NCBI GenBank assembly: GCA_049304095.1 | Contig: JBAQNU010000029.1 | Location: 98,222 to 162,221, forward strand | From: Candidatus Moraniibacteriota bacterium | GTDB taxonomy: Bacteria; Patescibacteriota; Minisyncoccia; Moranbacterales; UBA2206 | Direction: 5' to 3' | Length of the DNA: 64,000 nucleotides | Part shown: positions 47,153 to 57,690 of the stretch, in pieces | Position numbering within the stretch: the first letter of the stretch is position 1 | Layout of the letters: every line of letters begins with the position of its first letter | Position numbers and translations under genes: made by a program | The notes under the pieces: generated by a model | Told to the model about the DNA's origin: nothing | Database searches by the model: none | The model's input: the letters and a program-made list of their open reading frames with translations, nothing else

Positions 47153-47218
47153 GTGCGTTAGTGGGCTATTTTGTTATGGTTTTATTTTAGCACAAAGTAC
47201 GAGTAGCAAAAAAGTTGC

Positions 47219-47345
47219 TCAAATTTTTAATTTTGTAATTTTTAAATAATATTTAATTTTTTAATGGCTAAACTAAGATAGCTGTTGATTCGGGTAATTT
47301 AAAACATTGAAAATTATTTGAAAAATTAAAAATTATAAAATTAAA
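47219..47345. repeat. AT-rich intergenic element, copy A (shares CATTGAAAATTATTT-AAAAATTAAAAAT with 62082..62190)
   Basis: About 30-bp near-identical core plus flanking AATTTTTAATTTT similarity. Confidence 0.5.
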
Positions 47346-47349
47346 AATT

Positions 47350-48309
47350 CTACTCTATCTTCCACCCATTTTCCGTCTCGACAATTTTACCTTTAATTTC
47401 AAAGCCGGATGCGAGGGTGTGGCCGCCTCCGCCGAACTGGGCGGCGAGAGTGGAAACATTGACGCCTTTATATTTCTCAGAGCGAAGACTGCCCTTGATG
47501 ATGCCGTCGCCTCGTTCAGAAAGAATGAGGGCGAATTTTGTGCCGGGGACGGTGTTGAGGATGGTGGCGACTTGAGCGATGTCTTCACTAGTTGCGCCAA
47601 AATCAGCCAAATCTTTTTGAGTCAGCACTGAAACAATCATGCCGTTACTTTCATTGATACGTGCCCGCTCAAAGGCGCGACCCCATAATTTCAAAGTGGA
47701 GATTTTTTTGCTATTAAATGTGGCGTTGATGATTTTGCTCATGGGAGCGCCTTTTTTCATGAGCGCGGAGATGATTTCCAGAACGTGAGAAGTGGTGTTG
47801 GAATGTTGGAGCATGCCGGTGTCGTTTAGAATGCCGAGCATCAGATAGGTGGATATGCTTTGCGTGATTTCAATGTCTTGCGAGCTCAAGAAATTGTAGA
47901 TTAACTCACAAACGGAAGAATATTCGGAATCGATAATGGTGATGTCAGCGCTAAGTGTAATATCAGGATGATGATCGATGACAGCGGTAATTTGATCTGG
48001 ATTGAGACGAGAAAAAATTTTTTCAAAACCACGTTCCACGCTATCCGCAGCGATGATTAGTTTATATTTTTTCAAATCCAATTTTTCTGGGTCGAGGAAT
48101 ATTTCGCTGGAAAAGGATGCGAGGTAATCAGGGAGTGGGTCGTAGCAGGCAATGTCAGCAGTTTTGCCAAGTTTTTTGATATATTCTTTGAGCGCCAAAA
48201 CTGACCCGACGGTGTCTCCGTCGGGGCGCGAATGAGCAAAGAGTAGGATTGAATCACAGCCCTTGATTGCGTAGTTTAGGGTGTGAAATTCATGAAAGAA
48301 ATTTTGCAT
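47350..48309 (-). CDS. nrnA: DHH/DHHA1 phosphoesterase (NrnA-like bifunctional oligoribonuclease/pAp phosphatase)
   Basis: FAHSRPDGDTVGS DHH motif. GGGH DHHA1 motif. Confidence 0.75.
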   Translation of the reverse strand: MQNFFHEFHTLNYAIKGCDSILLFAHSRPDGDTVGSVLALKEYIKKLGKTADIACYDPLPDYLASFSSEIFLDPEKLDLKKYKLIIAADSVERGFEKIFSRLNPDQITAVIDHHPDITLSADITIIDSEYSSVCELIYNFLSSQDIEITQSISTYLMLGILNDTGMLQHSNTTSHVLEIISALMKKGAPMSKIINATFNSKKISTLKLWGRAFERARINESNGMIVSVLTQKDLADFGATSEDIAQVATILNTVPGTKFALILSERGDGIIKGSLRSEKYKGVNVSTLAAQFGGGGHTLASGFEIKGKIVETENGWKIE

Positions 48310-48343
48310 AGAAAAAGCAGGAATTTTGAGTGCCAGGTGTGAA

Positions 48344-48676
48344 TTATAGTTCTTTCAGTATCTTCTCAATTTTATCCGCTTTAGTCTCAGTAAAGTCTTT
48401 GATAAACATGATGCGGGGAGTGGGCTTGATGCGCAGTTTTTGGTTTAAATTGTGTTGAAAGAGGTGTAGCTCTTTTTCTAGCGTCTTTGTCGCATAATCA
48501 AACTCACTCTCTGGAAAAACACTGACGAACACTCGAGTATAGCGGAGATCACAGCTTGTGTCAACCTTGGCAACCGTCAAGAAAACCCCACTTTTTAGGG
48601 AGAGTTCTCGAAGAATCGTGTCATTGACATATTTCTTCACTAGTTCATTGACTTTTAGGACGCGGTTTTCGGACAT
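48344..48676 (-). CDS. rbfA: ribosome-binding factor A
   Basis: RbfA-like KH fold sequence downstream of infB. Confidence 0.7.
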   Translation of the reverse strand: MSENRVLKVNELVKKYVNDTILRELSLKSGVFLTVAKVDTSCDLRYTRVFVSVFPESEFDYATKTLEKELHLFQHNLNQKLRIKPTPRIMFIKDFTETKADKIEKILKEL

Positions 48677-48835
48677 AGGCTAGGTTGATTTTATGACTTG
48701 TTCATTTGCCTTGGAAAATTATTAAAAGCGACGTTTTCTCATTTTGGTCAGTTTTCTGCTGGTTTATCAGGGGATTGGGGCGCTAAAAAAGATGACCGGT
48801 AATAATTTCCCCAAGGCAAACACGCAGGTTTCTTT

Positions 48836-50617
48836 TTATAATACTTTCTTTTTTAGGCTTTCTTTGAAAGAAATCAAAGTGTCATCAACTTTAATTTTAG
48901 TTTCTCCAATAAACGTGATGCCACATTCGTTGGGTGCAGTGCAGTCGTTGACATTAACTTTGTTGGATTGCAGATTTCCCATTGAACCCTTACCAATAAT
49001 CACGTCTTTTCTTTCTACTTCCAGGAGAGAGTTGTTTTCAACGCGTCCGGTTGTGACTCGCCCACCAATGATCATGTCGTTCTTGCCAGTCTTGAAAATG
49101 GCTAGCACTTTCATCTTGCCAAAATCTTCTCTTTCAAATTCATCGGGAAGCATGGCGATGAGACGAGCTTTTATGTCATCGATCAATTCATAGATAATTT
49201 TGTAGTTTTTCACTTCTACATCAGTCCCTTCGGCCATTCTCTTGGCCACAGGAGTAAACTCCACGTTAAAGCCAAAGATAATTGATTTGGAGCTTGCTGC
49301 GAAGCGTACATCGGATTCAGTAATGTTTCCCACTCCAGTGCCAACATAGTCAATGGCGACTTTGTCTGACTTAATCTCCCCGAGTATTTGCTGGATAGCT
49401 TCCAAGGATCCTGCCACATCTGCCTTGATAATTATATTTAATTTTTCCGTGTTGCCACTATTGAGGCCAGAATAGATTTTTTCCGTGTTTAGGCCACTGC
49501 CACTTTCGGCGTGAGAAAATATTTTAGTTTCATTTAATTTTGTCTGCCCGATGGATTTAGAGGCAACTACTTGCAAGATATCATTTGAATTGGGCGTAGC
49601 GCGAAGGCCAATGAGACTGACTGGTGTTCCCGGTAAGGCTTGCGAAATTCTTTTCCCAGTAAAATCTTCCAAGCGGCGGACGCGTCCAAAAGTGGCTCCG
49701 GCAATCACATCTTGACCTTCCTTGAGAACGCCGGTTTTCACGAGAACTGTCGAGACGGGTCCTTTGTGGGGATCAAGATGCGCTTCCAGGATGATACCCA
49801 GTGCGGTTCTTTCGTTATTTGCTTTGAAGTCTTCCACTTCGGCGATGAGGAGAATGTTATCCAAAAGATCATCAATACCAATGTTTTGTTTGGCGCTGAC
49901 CTTGGAAGACAAGACTTGCCCACCCCACTCTTCAAGTAGGATGCCATTTTCAGCCAATTCTTGTTTGACACGTTGCACGTTCACGCCCGGTTTGTCAATT
50001 TTATTGATTGCCACGACAACGGGAATTTTTTTAGCTAAGAGATATTCAATAACTTCTTTGGTCTGCGGTCGCACTCCGTCGTCCGCTGCCACAACCAAAA
50101 CGGCAATATCAGCCAGACTTACTCCGCGTTCGCGCATAGCGGAGAAAGCAGCATGTCCTGGTGTGTCAATGAAAGTGATTAGTTGCCCTTTTTTCTTAAC
50201 TTGATAGGCACTGATGTGTTGAGTGATTCCACCGGACTCTTTCATAGCTACACTAGTTTTGCGAATCGTGTCAAGGAGCGTTGTTTTGCCATGATCAACG
50301 TGGCCCAAGATTGTGACAACTGGAGGACGGGCTTTGAGATTTTCTCCGGATTCAATTTCTTTCTTGCAAAGCTCCAGGAGGTTTTCTAGCGTCATGGCGT
50401 TTCCGGTATCGCTAGCTTCTGGAGTCGTTTCGTAACCAAGGTCTCCTGCGATAATGGACGCGGTTTCAAAGTCAATCTTTTCGTTAATAGTAGCAAAAAT
50501 GCCATTTTTGATCAGTTCTGTGATGACGGTGCTCACAGGCAAACCCAAGAGCTCACTGAATTTTTTCAGTGTGACCGAAGGAGGAAGAATTATTTTTTTG
50601 GGGGAAATTTCAGGCAT
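48836..50617 (-). CDS. infB: translation initiation factor IF-2 (short N-terminus)
   Basis: GHVDHGKTTLLD G1 motif. DTPGH motif. C-terminal beta-barrel domains. Confidence 0.9.
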   Translation of the reverse strand: MPEISPKKIILPPSVTLKKFSELLGLPVSTVITELIKNGIFATINEKIDFETASIIAGDLGYETTPEASDTGNAMTLENLLELCKKEIESGENLKARPPVVTILGHVDHGKTTLLDTIRKTSVAMKESGGITQHISAYQVKKKGQLITFIDTPGHAAFSAMRERGVSLADIAVLVVAADDGVRPQTKEVIEYLLAKKIPVVVAINKIDKPGVNVQRVKQELAENGILLEEWGGQVLSSKVSAKQNIGIDDLLDNILLIAEVEDFKANNERTALGIILEAHLDPHKGPVSTVLVKTGVLKEGQDVIAGATFGRVRRLEDFTGKRISQALPGTPVSLIGLRATPNSNDILQVVASKSIGQTKLNETKIFSHAESGSGLNTEKIYSGLNSGNTEKLNIIIKADVAGSLEAIQQILGEIKSDKVAIDYVGTGVGNITESDVRFAASSKSIIFGFNVEFTPVAKRMAEGTDVEVKNYKIIYELIDDIKARLIAMLPDEFEREDFGKMKVLAIFKTGKNDMIIGGRVTTGRVENNSLLEVERKDVIIGKGSMGNLQSNKVNVNDCTAPNECGITFIGETKIKVDDTLISFKESLKKKVL

Positions 50618-50655
50618 AAATTAAATTAAAAAATGATTTGAATTAGCTTTATAGG

Positions 50656-51162
50656 TTATTTTTTCTCCAATGCCGCCATCTTCACAACTTGCTTTTCTTC
50701 CTCAGAAAGCGGGAAGTCTGGGGAATCGCCATTGGTTAAGGCTTTGGAATAGACGCGGGTGCCTTCTTTGGTGTAGAGGGCGGTAATGGTGAGGCCATTA
50801 TTTTTTCCATCCAGTAGGGCAATGGAGAAGCTTTGATTCCCCCCAACATCCTTGAAGGGATTGAAGCGGATGGCGGCAAATTTGTGGAGACTGCGCAGGG
50901 CTAGGGTGTTTATGGTGTTGGAAATCGCATAGAGCTCCTGGATGTCTTTGTCGAGAACTTTGAGATTCTTGGCTTGAGCCAGAAGAATTTCCTCCAGATC
51001 AGTCGCTTTTTTCCCTCGAAAGAATTCTCGACTGAATGTGCCTAGGCGATTGAGTTTTAATTGTATAAAAATATTCCAAATGCCAAGTAAAAGCAGAATA
51101 ACAAAAAATCCAAGCAGGAGAGCAAAGGAATTTTTTTCAATTAGGAGGTTAAGGTTTTCCAT
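50656..51162 (-). CDS. membrane-anchored hypothetical protein
   Basis: N-terminal TM. No recognised catalytic motif. Confidence 0.4.
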   Translation of the reverse strand: MENLNLLIEKNSFALLLGFFVILLLLGIWNIFIQLKLNRLGTFSREFFRGKKATDLEEILLAQAKNLKVLDKDIQELYAISNTINTLALRSLHKFAAIRFNPFKDVGGNQSFSIALLDGKNNGLTITALYTKEGTRVYSKALTNGDSPDFPLSEEEKQVVKMAALEKK

Positions 51163-51287
51163 AAATGAGGCTTTTTTCCTTGTTTTTACTTATTTTAGGC
51201 TAGCATCAAAACGCTCCGTTGTAAAGCTGTTGTGATTTTTCCCAATTTATTGTAAGATGGAAGTAGTTAAAATTTTTATAAAACAAA

Positions 51288-51842
51288 ATGGAAGATAATA
51301 ATATTGCCTTTGGTGTTAAATTTATTAATCCCCAGGAGATTATTGCCACATTGGAAATTGAGGCGGGAATGAATGTCGCTGATTTTGGTTGCGGAACGGG
51401 CTACTTTACTTTTCCATTAGCCGAGCGCGTAGGGCAGACTGGTCGCGTGTATGCGCTGGATATCCTCAAAGACAAATTGGAAACAGTTGAATCGGAAGCG
51501 AAAATCTTAGGCCTGGGCAATATCTTACCCAAAAGAGTCAATTTGGAAGCAATTGGCGGATCAAAACTAACTGATGCCAGCTTGGACTGGGTATTTTTGG
51601 TGACAATGCTTTTTCAAAATAAGGACAAGGAAGTGATTATCAAGGAAGCAAAACGGGTGTTGAAGACTGGAGGCAAGATTTTGGTTATTGAATGGAACAA
51701 GAAAGACGCTTCTATTGGTCCGGCAAATAATTTGCGCGTGGCGGAAGATGAAATATCGACACTCTTTCAAGCAAACGGCCTCACCATGCTTAGCGAGATA
51801 AAAATTAGCGACTTTCATTTTGGCTTAATTTTTCAAAATTAA
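51288..51842 (+). CDS. class I SAM-dependent methyltransferase
   Basis: VADFGCGTGYFT motif I. Confidence 0.7.
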   Translation: MEDNNIAFGVKFINPQEIIATLEIEAGMNVADFGCGTGYFTFPLAERVGQTGRVYALDILKDKLETVESEAKILGLGNILPKRVNLEAIGGSKLTDASLDWVFLVTMLFQNKDKEVIIKEAKRVLKTGGKILVIEWNKKDASIGPANNLRVAEDEISTLFQANGLTMLSEIKISDFHFGLIFQN

Positions 51843-51918
51843 AAAATTAGGAGTTACGCGTTTTACCTCGTAGTCAATACGGCTGACTCGGATAAATGTG
51901 TAAGTCATAACAATAAGT

Positions 51919-53298
51919 ATGCGAAACAAATGGAAAATCTTTTTAGGCGGACTTTTGGCACTGAGTTTTTTTGTGCTCATTTCCGGTTGTGGTTGCAAGC
52001 CAGTGACGCAAAAATATACGGTAGATCTGGAAGTCTGGGGACCAGTGGATGATACGGATAGCTATGCGGAGATTTTCAATAACTATCGAAAGCTCAATCC
52101 TAACGTAGGCAATATTGTTTATAAAAAACAAAGAATTGAAACTTACCAGCAGGATTTGATTGATGCCCTGGCTTCAGGCAATGGTCCGGATATATTTTTG
52201 ATGCACAATGACTGGCTGGCCAATTTTTCTAACAAAATCGCCCCTGCGCCAAAAGATATTTTGACTGAGCAAAAATTCCGTCAAAATTTTGTGGATGTGG
52301 CGGTAACCAACTTTGTTTCAGAGGGAAATATTTTTGCTGTTCCGCTTTCGGTCAATTCGCTTGCGCTTTTCTATAATAAAGACTTGTTTAATGCGGCTGG
52401 CATTGCATTGCCTCCTCAAACTTGGGATGAATTTGTGGAAGATGCTGTGAAGCTAACAAGGATTAACTCAAATGGAGAATTAACGCAAGCTGGCGCAGCA
52501 ATTGGCACGGCCTACAACATTAATCGTTCAACGGACATCCTCAATCTTTTGATGTTGCAAAATGGCCTCTCTATGGTGGACGCCACGGGTCGGTTGAATT
52601 TTGGTCGGGAAGCGGGAGCAAAAACGGCATTGGAATTCTATGCGCAGTTTGCCAAAAGCAATTCGGGAAAATATGTTTGGAATCCGACACTGCACAATTC
52701 CATTGATGCTTTTTCGGAAGGGATGCTTGGCATGATGCTCAACTATTCCTGGCAGATAGCGACGCTTCGTAATAAATCACCCAAACTTAATTTTGCTGTT
52801 TCCGGCGCGCCTCAATTTCCCGGAGTTACTCCTGTGAACTTTGCTAATTATTGGGCCTATGGCGTGGCGAAAAATAAAGCGACAAATGCAAATGCTGCCC
52901 CCACGCAAGCAGCGCCAGTGTCAAATGATTTGCGCATTGCTGAGGCTTGGAAGTTTTTGACTTATCTCACCACCAAAGGTGAACCGCAGACAGCTCAGGC
53001 GACCGCGACAACTGGAGTGGGACGCGTGTTTGATCCGAATTTTGATCCGGCCGAAAACTATTTGAAAAAAACCAATCAGCCTTCAGCGCGTCGAGATTTG
53101 ATTGAACGGCAAAAAAGTGATCCAGAATTGGGTGTATTTGCGCAGGGTAACCTCATCGCCAAGGATTGGCAAAAAGACAACCCGCTACTTGTGGAAACAG
53201 TTTTTGCTGAGATGATTGACGCAGTAAATCGCGGAATGCTTTCCATTTCCGACGCCGTGAGTGGCGCGGAAAAGAAATTGACAAAAACAGGTTATTAA
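51919..53298 (+). CDS. lipoprotein, ABC-transporter solute-binding protein family 1 (sugar-type)
   Basis: Lipobox LISGCGC. SBP-like composition. Confidence 0.55.
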   Translation: MRNKWKIFLGGLLALSFFVLISGCGCKPVTQKYTVDLEVWGPVDDTDSYAEIFNNYRKLNPNVGNIVYKKQRIETYQQDLIDALASGNGPDIFLMHNDWLANFSNKIAPAPKDILTEQKFRQNFVDVAVTNFVSEGNIFAVPLSVNSLALFYNKDLFNAAGIALPPQTWDEFVEDAVKLTRINSNGELTQAGAAIGTAYNINRSTDILNLLMLQNGLSMVDATGRLNFGREAGAKTALEFYAQFAKSNSGKYVWNPTLHNSIDAFSEGMLGMMLNYSWQIATLRNKSPKLNFAVSGAPQFPGVTPVNFANYWAYGVAKNKATNANAAPTQAAPVSNDLRIAEAWKFLTYLTTKGEPQTAQATATTGVGRVFDPNFDPAENYLKKTNQPSARRDLIERQKSDPELGVFAQGNLIAKDWQKDNPLLVETVFAEMIDAVNRGMLSISDAVSGAEKKLTKTGY

Positions 53299-53317
53299 AT
53301 TTTTTAGGTTAAACAAA

Positions 53318-54085
53318 ATGCAAAATAAAAAATATTTTTTTGGTTTGGCGGTTTCGATGGTTGCTTTTTTGGGAGTTTTTGGATTGAGGAGCGAGGCTGG
53401 AGCGGCAAATGTTGGATGTTATGATGCTATTGCTGGATCTTGCAATGAATTAGATAAAAGCGGGGGTGCTACATGTAGCTCTCCTGCTACCTGGTGCGCG
53501 AGTGATGCCAGGTGTAACGGTACTGTCTGTGCTTCAACCACCATCCCAACTTCTGGTACTCAGACTCCGACCGAATTTACCAATCCACTCGGATTTAGTT
53601 CAATCGACGGTGTGCTGACGAGTCTTTTGGGATCGCTTAAGGGTTTTGTGGTAATTTTGGCGATTATTTTTATTGTAATCGGCGGAATTATGTATATGCT
53701 GTCCGCCGGAGATCCAAAGATGGTCGAGCAAGCAAAAAAAAGCTGGCTCTATGCGGTGATTGGTCTGGCTATTGTGGTTGCAGCGCCGACATTTCTCAAA
53801 CAAGTGCAAGAAATTTTGGGTGGAACTTTGACCGGTGGAGGAATCGAAACTGCGCGTAGCGTGAAAGATATTGCTAATGGAATTTTGAAATTTCTCTTGT
53901 CGATTACGGGAATCATTGCTATAATCAGTTTAGTGATTGCTGGTGGAATGTATATGACAGCTTATGGCGAAGAAAAACAAATCACCACAGCAAAAAGTAT
54001 TGGAAAGTGGGCGATTGTGGGCATCGTTGTGGCGCTCGGTTCGCTCACCATCATCCAGCAAGTTTCCAAATTGATTACTGGTTAG
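53318..54085 (+). CDS. TrbC/VirB2-like (T4SS-pilin-type) membrane protein with Cys-rich N-terminal domain and two pilin-like modules
   Basis: Signal peptide. Cys-rich ectodomain. Duplicated motif LxxIxGxIAIIxxVIAGxMYMxAxGEEKxxxxAK. Confidence 0.5.
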   Translation: MQNKKYFFGLAVSMVAFLGVFGLRSEAGAANVGCYDAIAGSCNELDKSGGATCSSPATWCASDARCNGTVCASTTIPTSGTQTPTEFTNPLGFSSIDGVLTSLLGSLKGFVVILAIIFIVIGGIMYMLSAGDPKMVEQAKKSWLYAVIGLAIVVAAPTFLKQVQEILGGTLTGGGIETARSVKDIANGILKFLLSITGIIAIISLVIAGGMYMTAYGEEKQITTAKSIGKWAIVGIVVALGSLTIIQQVSKLITG

Positions 54086-54131
54086 AGTTAGGGATAAAAA
54101 TAAAATTATAAAATAGAATGGAGGTGTTGAA

Positions 54132-54491
54132 ATGAAAAACAAAATTAAATTAGCAGGTTATTCAGTGCTTTCTGTTGCGATGACTTTTCCAGCTGTTGCT
54201 TTTGGCGCTTTTGATCCGAACGTTGGTGGTGCTACTGGTTTGCCAAAAAGCTCTCTGATGGATATTATCAGCAACATCATGCAATGGCTTCTCACAGCAG
54301 TGGGTATTGCTGGCGTGATTGGATTTGTGATTGCAGGCCTTCTCTACCTCACCGCAGCGGGAGATGAAAAGAAAATCGCAACAGCCAAACAAGCCATGCT
54401 CGCTTCTATTATCGGTGTGATCGTGGCGATTGCTGGAGTTGTTGCTCTCAACGTGGCGAAAAGTTTGCTCGGAGGAACGCAAAATTTCTAA
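54132..54491 (+). CDS. TrbC/VirB2-like pilin paralog
   Basis: Signal peptide plus ISNIMQWLLTAVGIAGVIGFVIAGLLYLTAAGDEKKIATAKQAM. Confidence 0.5.
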   Translation: MKNKIKLAGYSVLSVAMTFPAVAFGAFDPNVGGATGLPKSSLMDIISNIMQWLLTAVGIAGVIGFVIAGLLYLTAAGDEKKIATAKQAMLASIIGVIVAIAGVVALNVAKSLLGGTQNF

Positions 54492-54515
54492 CAAATATTT
54501 TTTTGAAATTTCAAA

Positions 54516-54548
54516 AACCACTCCAAGATCGGGGTGGTTTTGTTTTTG
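54516..54548 (+). terminator. rho-independent terminator
   Basis: CCACTCC...GGGGTGG followed by a T-run. Confidence 0.5.
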
Positions 54549-54595
54549 ATTTTTTTTGTGCTATAATTTTTGTATAATAAATTAAACTTAAAAAA

Positions 54596-54961
54596 ATGAC
54601 AAAAAAAATCATTTCCACAATTAGTCTGGGCGCAACATTTTTATTTGTGTCTGCGCAAAAAGTTTTTGCTGATTGGGCTGCTGGCATGAATGCAGCAGGA
54701 AGTTATGGTCTTCCAGAGGCGAGACTTTCTACGATCATTGCTAATATTCTCGATTGGCTGCTCACAATTGTGGGTGTGGTGGGGGTAATTGGTTTTGTGA
54801 TTGCTGGCATCATGTATCTCACGGCTAATGGAGATGAGAAAAAAATCGGGGACGCTAAAAAAGCCATGATGGCTTCCATCTATGGAGTGCTTGTAGCGAT
54901 TTGTGGCATGGTGGTGCTTTGGGCAGCGACAAATATATTGAGTGGAACACCTTTATTTTAA
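54596..54961 (+). CDS. TrbC/VirB2-like pilin paralog
   Basis: IANILDWLLTIVGVVGVIGFVIAGIMYLTANGDEKKIGDAKKAM. Confidence 0.5.
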   Translation: MTKKIISTISLGATFLFVSAQKVFADWAAGMNAAGSYGLPEARLSTIIANILDWLLTIVGVVGVIGFVIAGIMYLTANGDEKKIGDAKKAMMASIYGVLVAICGMVVLWAATNILSGTPLF

Positions 54962-54975
54962 GTTCTAAAAACAAT

Positions 54976-55659
54976 ATGCAAAACAAAACAAAAATATTAT
55001 TCAGTTCAGTCGCGATTTTTATGTTCAGTTTTCTTTTGGCGGGAGAAGTGATGGCCGGTTCTTGTGAGGACATTACCGGACAACTTTGCAAAGCTAATGA
55101 CTGTGACTCCTATGGCATGGATGTTGCCACCCCTGCTTCTGCTTTCACTTGCGATCCCAGTTTTGTTTGTTGCAAACCAAGGCCCAGCAACACAGGCGTT
55201 CAAGATTATTGTGTTAATTTAGCCGATGGCGAGGCTTGCCTTACATTTAATAGCGAACCGGGCACTTGTAGGAATAAAACGTGTATTGCTACTGATGGAG
55301 GAGATGGTGGTGCTGGCGGAGAGGATAATAGTGGCGACAGTAGCGGTGGTGGTGGAGGAGGTAATGGTGCCTCTGGTTGGAGTTCAAATGATTTGCGCAT
55401 TTTTAATTTGCCAGAAGCGCCGGTTTATATGATTATAACTAATATTCTCGACTGGCTACTCACGATTGTGGGAGTTATCGCGCTCATTACGCTTGTTATT
55501 GCTGGTATGCAATATTTCTTTGTGGCGACAGATGAAAAAATGCTAGAGACAGCTAAAAAAACCATGCGCGCAGCAATTATTGGAATTGTTGTGGCTCTTT
55601 CTGGCATGGTGGTAATTTATGCGGTGGAAGGCATTCTCACGGCGCAGCCACTTTTTTAA
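54976..55659 (+). CDS. TrbC/VirB2-like pilin paralog with Cys-rich plus Gly-rich ectodomain
   Basis: Start at MQNKTKI. 12 Cys then a GGDGGAGGEDNSGDSSGGGGGGNG linker. C-terminal pilin module. Confidence 0.5.
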   Translation: MQNKTKILFSSVAIFMFSFLLAGEVMAGSCEDITGQLCKANDCDSYGMDVATPASAFTCDPSFVCCKPRPSNTGVQDYCVNLADGEACLTFNSEPGTCRNKTCIATDGGDGGAGGEDNSGDSSGGGGGGNGASGWSSNDLRIFNLPEAPVYMIITNILDWLLTIVGVIALITLVIAGMQYFFVATDEKMLETAKKTMRAAIIGIVVALSGMVVIYAVEGILTAQPLF

Positions 55660-55670
55660 TCTTAAAAAAT

Positions 55671-56405
55671 ATGCAAAACAAAACAAAAATATTTTTAGTG
55701 GTGATGGGGGTTTTGGGGTTTGGAGTTTTTTGGAGTGGGGATGTGCTTGCAGCTGATTGTGTTTGTGGAAGTGCTAATAACCAATCATCTGTAAATGCCC
55801 CGACAACTAATCTTTGTTCCACTGGAACGGCATCCTCTATTGATACCGAGGATGCTATTAGGTGGGAGTGGACTTGTATTGGAGACTCTTGTGGAACAGT
55901 TAGTTGTTCTGCGACAAAAGCGGTAGATCTGAACGCCTGTGCTTGTGGAAGCGCAAATGGACAGTCATTTGCTACGACGCCAACAAGCAATCTTTGTTCC
56001 ACTGGAACAACTTCTTCTGTTACTGGATCAGGACCTTGGACTTGGAGTTGCACGGGAAGTTGTGGTGCTTCTGCTAGTTGTTCTGCTAACAAAACTGGCA
56101 CAACACCAACTCCCGGAACTGGAATAGAAATCCCGACTGATACAGGGCTTCCAGCTAATACTGGTCTAGTGAAAGGAATTCTCACTAATGTGGCTAATTG
56201 GCTTTTGGGCATTATTGGTATTATTGCTATTATTGGTTTTGTAATTTCTGGATTGCAATATTTTCTAGTTGCAACAGACGAGAAAATGCTCGAAACGGCC
56301 AAAAAAACCGCCCAAGCTTCGGCAATCGGAATCGCCGTGGCGCTTTCGGGTTATATTGTCATCGCCGCGATTGAAAAAATCCTCAAAGGCACGAGTTTGT
56401 TTTAG
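55671..56405 (+). CDS. TrbC/VirB2-like pilin paralog with an internal tandem Cys-rich repeat
   Basis: Two ~50-aa repeats (CVCGSANNQS...LCSTGTASS... / CACGSANGQS...LCSTGTTSS...). C-terminal pilin module. Confidence 0.5.
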   Translation: MQNKTKIFLVVMGVLGFGVFWSGDVLAADCVCGSANNQSSVNAPTTNLCSTGTASSIDTEDAIRWEWTCIGDSCGTVSCSATKAVDLNACACGSANGQSFATTPTSNLCSTGTTSSVTGSGPWTWSCTGSCGASASCSANKTGTTPTPGTGIEIPTDTGLPANTGLVKGILTNVANWLLGIIGIIAIIGFVISGLQYFLVATDEKMLETAKKTAQASAIGIAVALSGYIVIAAIEKILKGTSLF

Positions 56406-56429
56406 TTTTTTAACTTTTTTAGGAATTAA

Positions 56430-56467
56430 AAAAGACCGTTGCATTTGTGCATTACGGTCTTTTTTAT
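56430..56467. terminator. bidirectional rho-independent terminator (AGACCGT...ACGGTCT)
   Basis: Hairpin flanked by an A-run and a T-run between convergent genes. Confidence 0.6.
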
Positions 56468-56495
56468 CACCTCCTTTCAATGAAGTTTGTGATTG

Positions 56496-57668
56496 TTATT
56501 TTCTTGTGAGAATAATTTCTCTTGTGCCAGGCGGAGGGAAAAAGCACTGTGTTGTTTCTTGCAACACAAGCATCTCTCCTCCTGTAGCTCGGGTTCCTGT
56601 TTCAAGTATTTCTCGAACACGGGTTTCCCTGGGATGCACTTTCCATTCGCCTACTTGAATCCTTTCGGAGTAGGGTTTGTTGCCATTGACAGGTATTATA
56701 TATCTGTCAATCCTGCTTCTACCTCCAGGCTGAGCGATACCTTGATGAGCGGTGCTCGGATTTTTTTTCTGCATTTCGACTTGGAGACGCAGTTCTTCCA
56801 GGCGTTGTTTTCTGGCGATTTCATCAGCCTCGAGTTTTGCTTTAGCCGCCTCAGCTGCGTCAGTCTTGGCTTTCTCGCCACTAATAATCTTCAAGAAGTT
56901 TTCCCAAGCTTTTTCTGAAGCTATTTTTGTTTCATCAGACACGCCGGGGGTCAACTTCTTTGGAAAACGATAAGAAATCTCATCTATCATTCCGTTTCCA
57001 AGAAAGGCAAGAAGAATGAAGAATGAAATACCGTAAAATATTTTGCTCCGTTTCCAGACTGCGAAAATGAATGTCGCAAGGAATAAAACGAAAATTCCAT
57101 AGAGACGTTCATTTTTTAGACCTTCGACCGTTGGGAAAAATGCTTTTCCAATAATGCCCATGTCGCTGACTTGATGTTCTTGATAAAAAAGAAACATCCA
57201 AGCAACAATCAAGATACCAGACGAAAATCCCAAAAACGACTTCATTCGTCCATTGGTAGTAGCATCAATTTGGATCATGCCATAAATACCAGCAGCCGCG
57301 AAAAGTGGCAGGCCGACGACAGCCCAATTGAATACGCTGTCGATTTTTCCGATCAGGATGATTAAAATCAATCCTGCCATGGCCGCTAAAGACCATGCTA
57401 GATATGGGCGGTCTCTCGAAATGACGGCGGCGGTAATCAGCCCGCCGATCATCAAAATCCAGATTCCGTTGTCAACTGATCCAGCTCCTGCTGATGTGCC
57501 AGAAGCACAAGAGCGGAAACCGGTGATCGCAATTAAGGAAAAAAACAACATAGTGCAGATCCTCGTAATCGTGTCTGCAGAAAGACCAGTTAAAGTTGCA
57601 ATGCGGTTACGTGCTACAAACACACCAACCAGGATAGTCAGTACAACTATTACTATAAAAGTTACCAT
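56496..57668 (-). CDS. polytopic membrane protein with charged/coiled C-terminal domain (possibly a T4SS VirB6/TrbL-like partner)
   Basis: About 8 TM helices then EAAKAKLEADEIARKQRLEELRLQ. Confidence 0.35.
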   Translation of the reverse strand: MVTFIVIVVLTILVGVFVARNRIATLTGLSADTITRICTMLFFSLIAITGFRSCASGTSAGAGSVDNGIWILMIGGLITAAVISRDRPYLAWSLAAMAGLILIILIGKIDSVFNWAVVGLPLFAAAGIYGMIQIDATTNGRMKSFLGFSSGILIVAWMFLFYQEHQVSDMGIIGKAFFPTVEGLKNERLYGIFVLFLATFIFAVWKRSKIFYGISFFILLAFLGNGMIDEISYRFPKKLTPGVSDETKIASEKAWENFLKIISGEKAKTDAAEAAKAKLEADEIARKQRLEELRLQVEMQKKNPSTAHQGIAQPGGRSRIDRYIIPVNGNKPYSERIQVGEWKVHPRETRVREILETGTRATGGEMLVLQETTQCFFPPPGTREIILTRK

Positions 57669-57690
57669 GAAAAGCCTCCTTTTCTTGATT

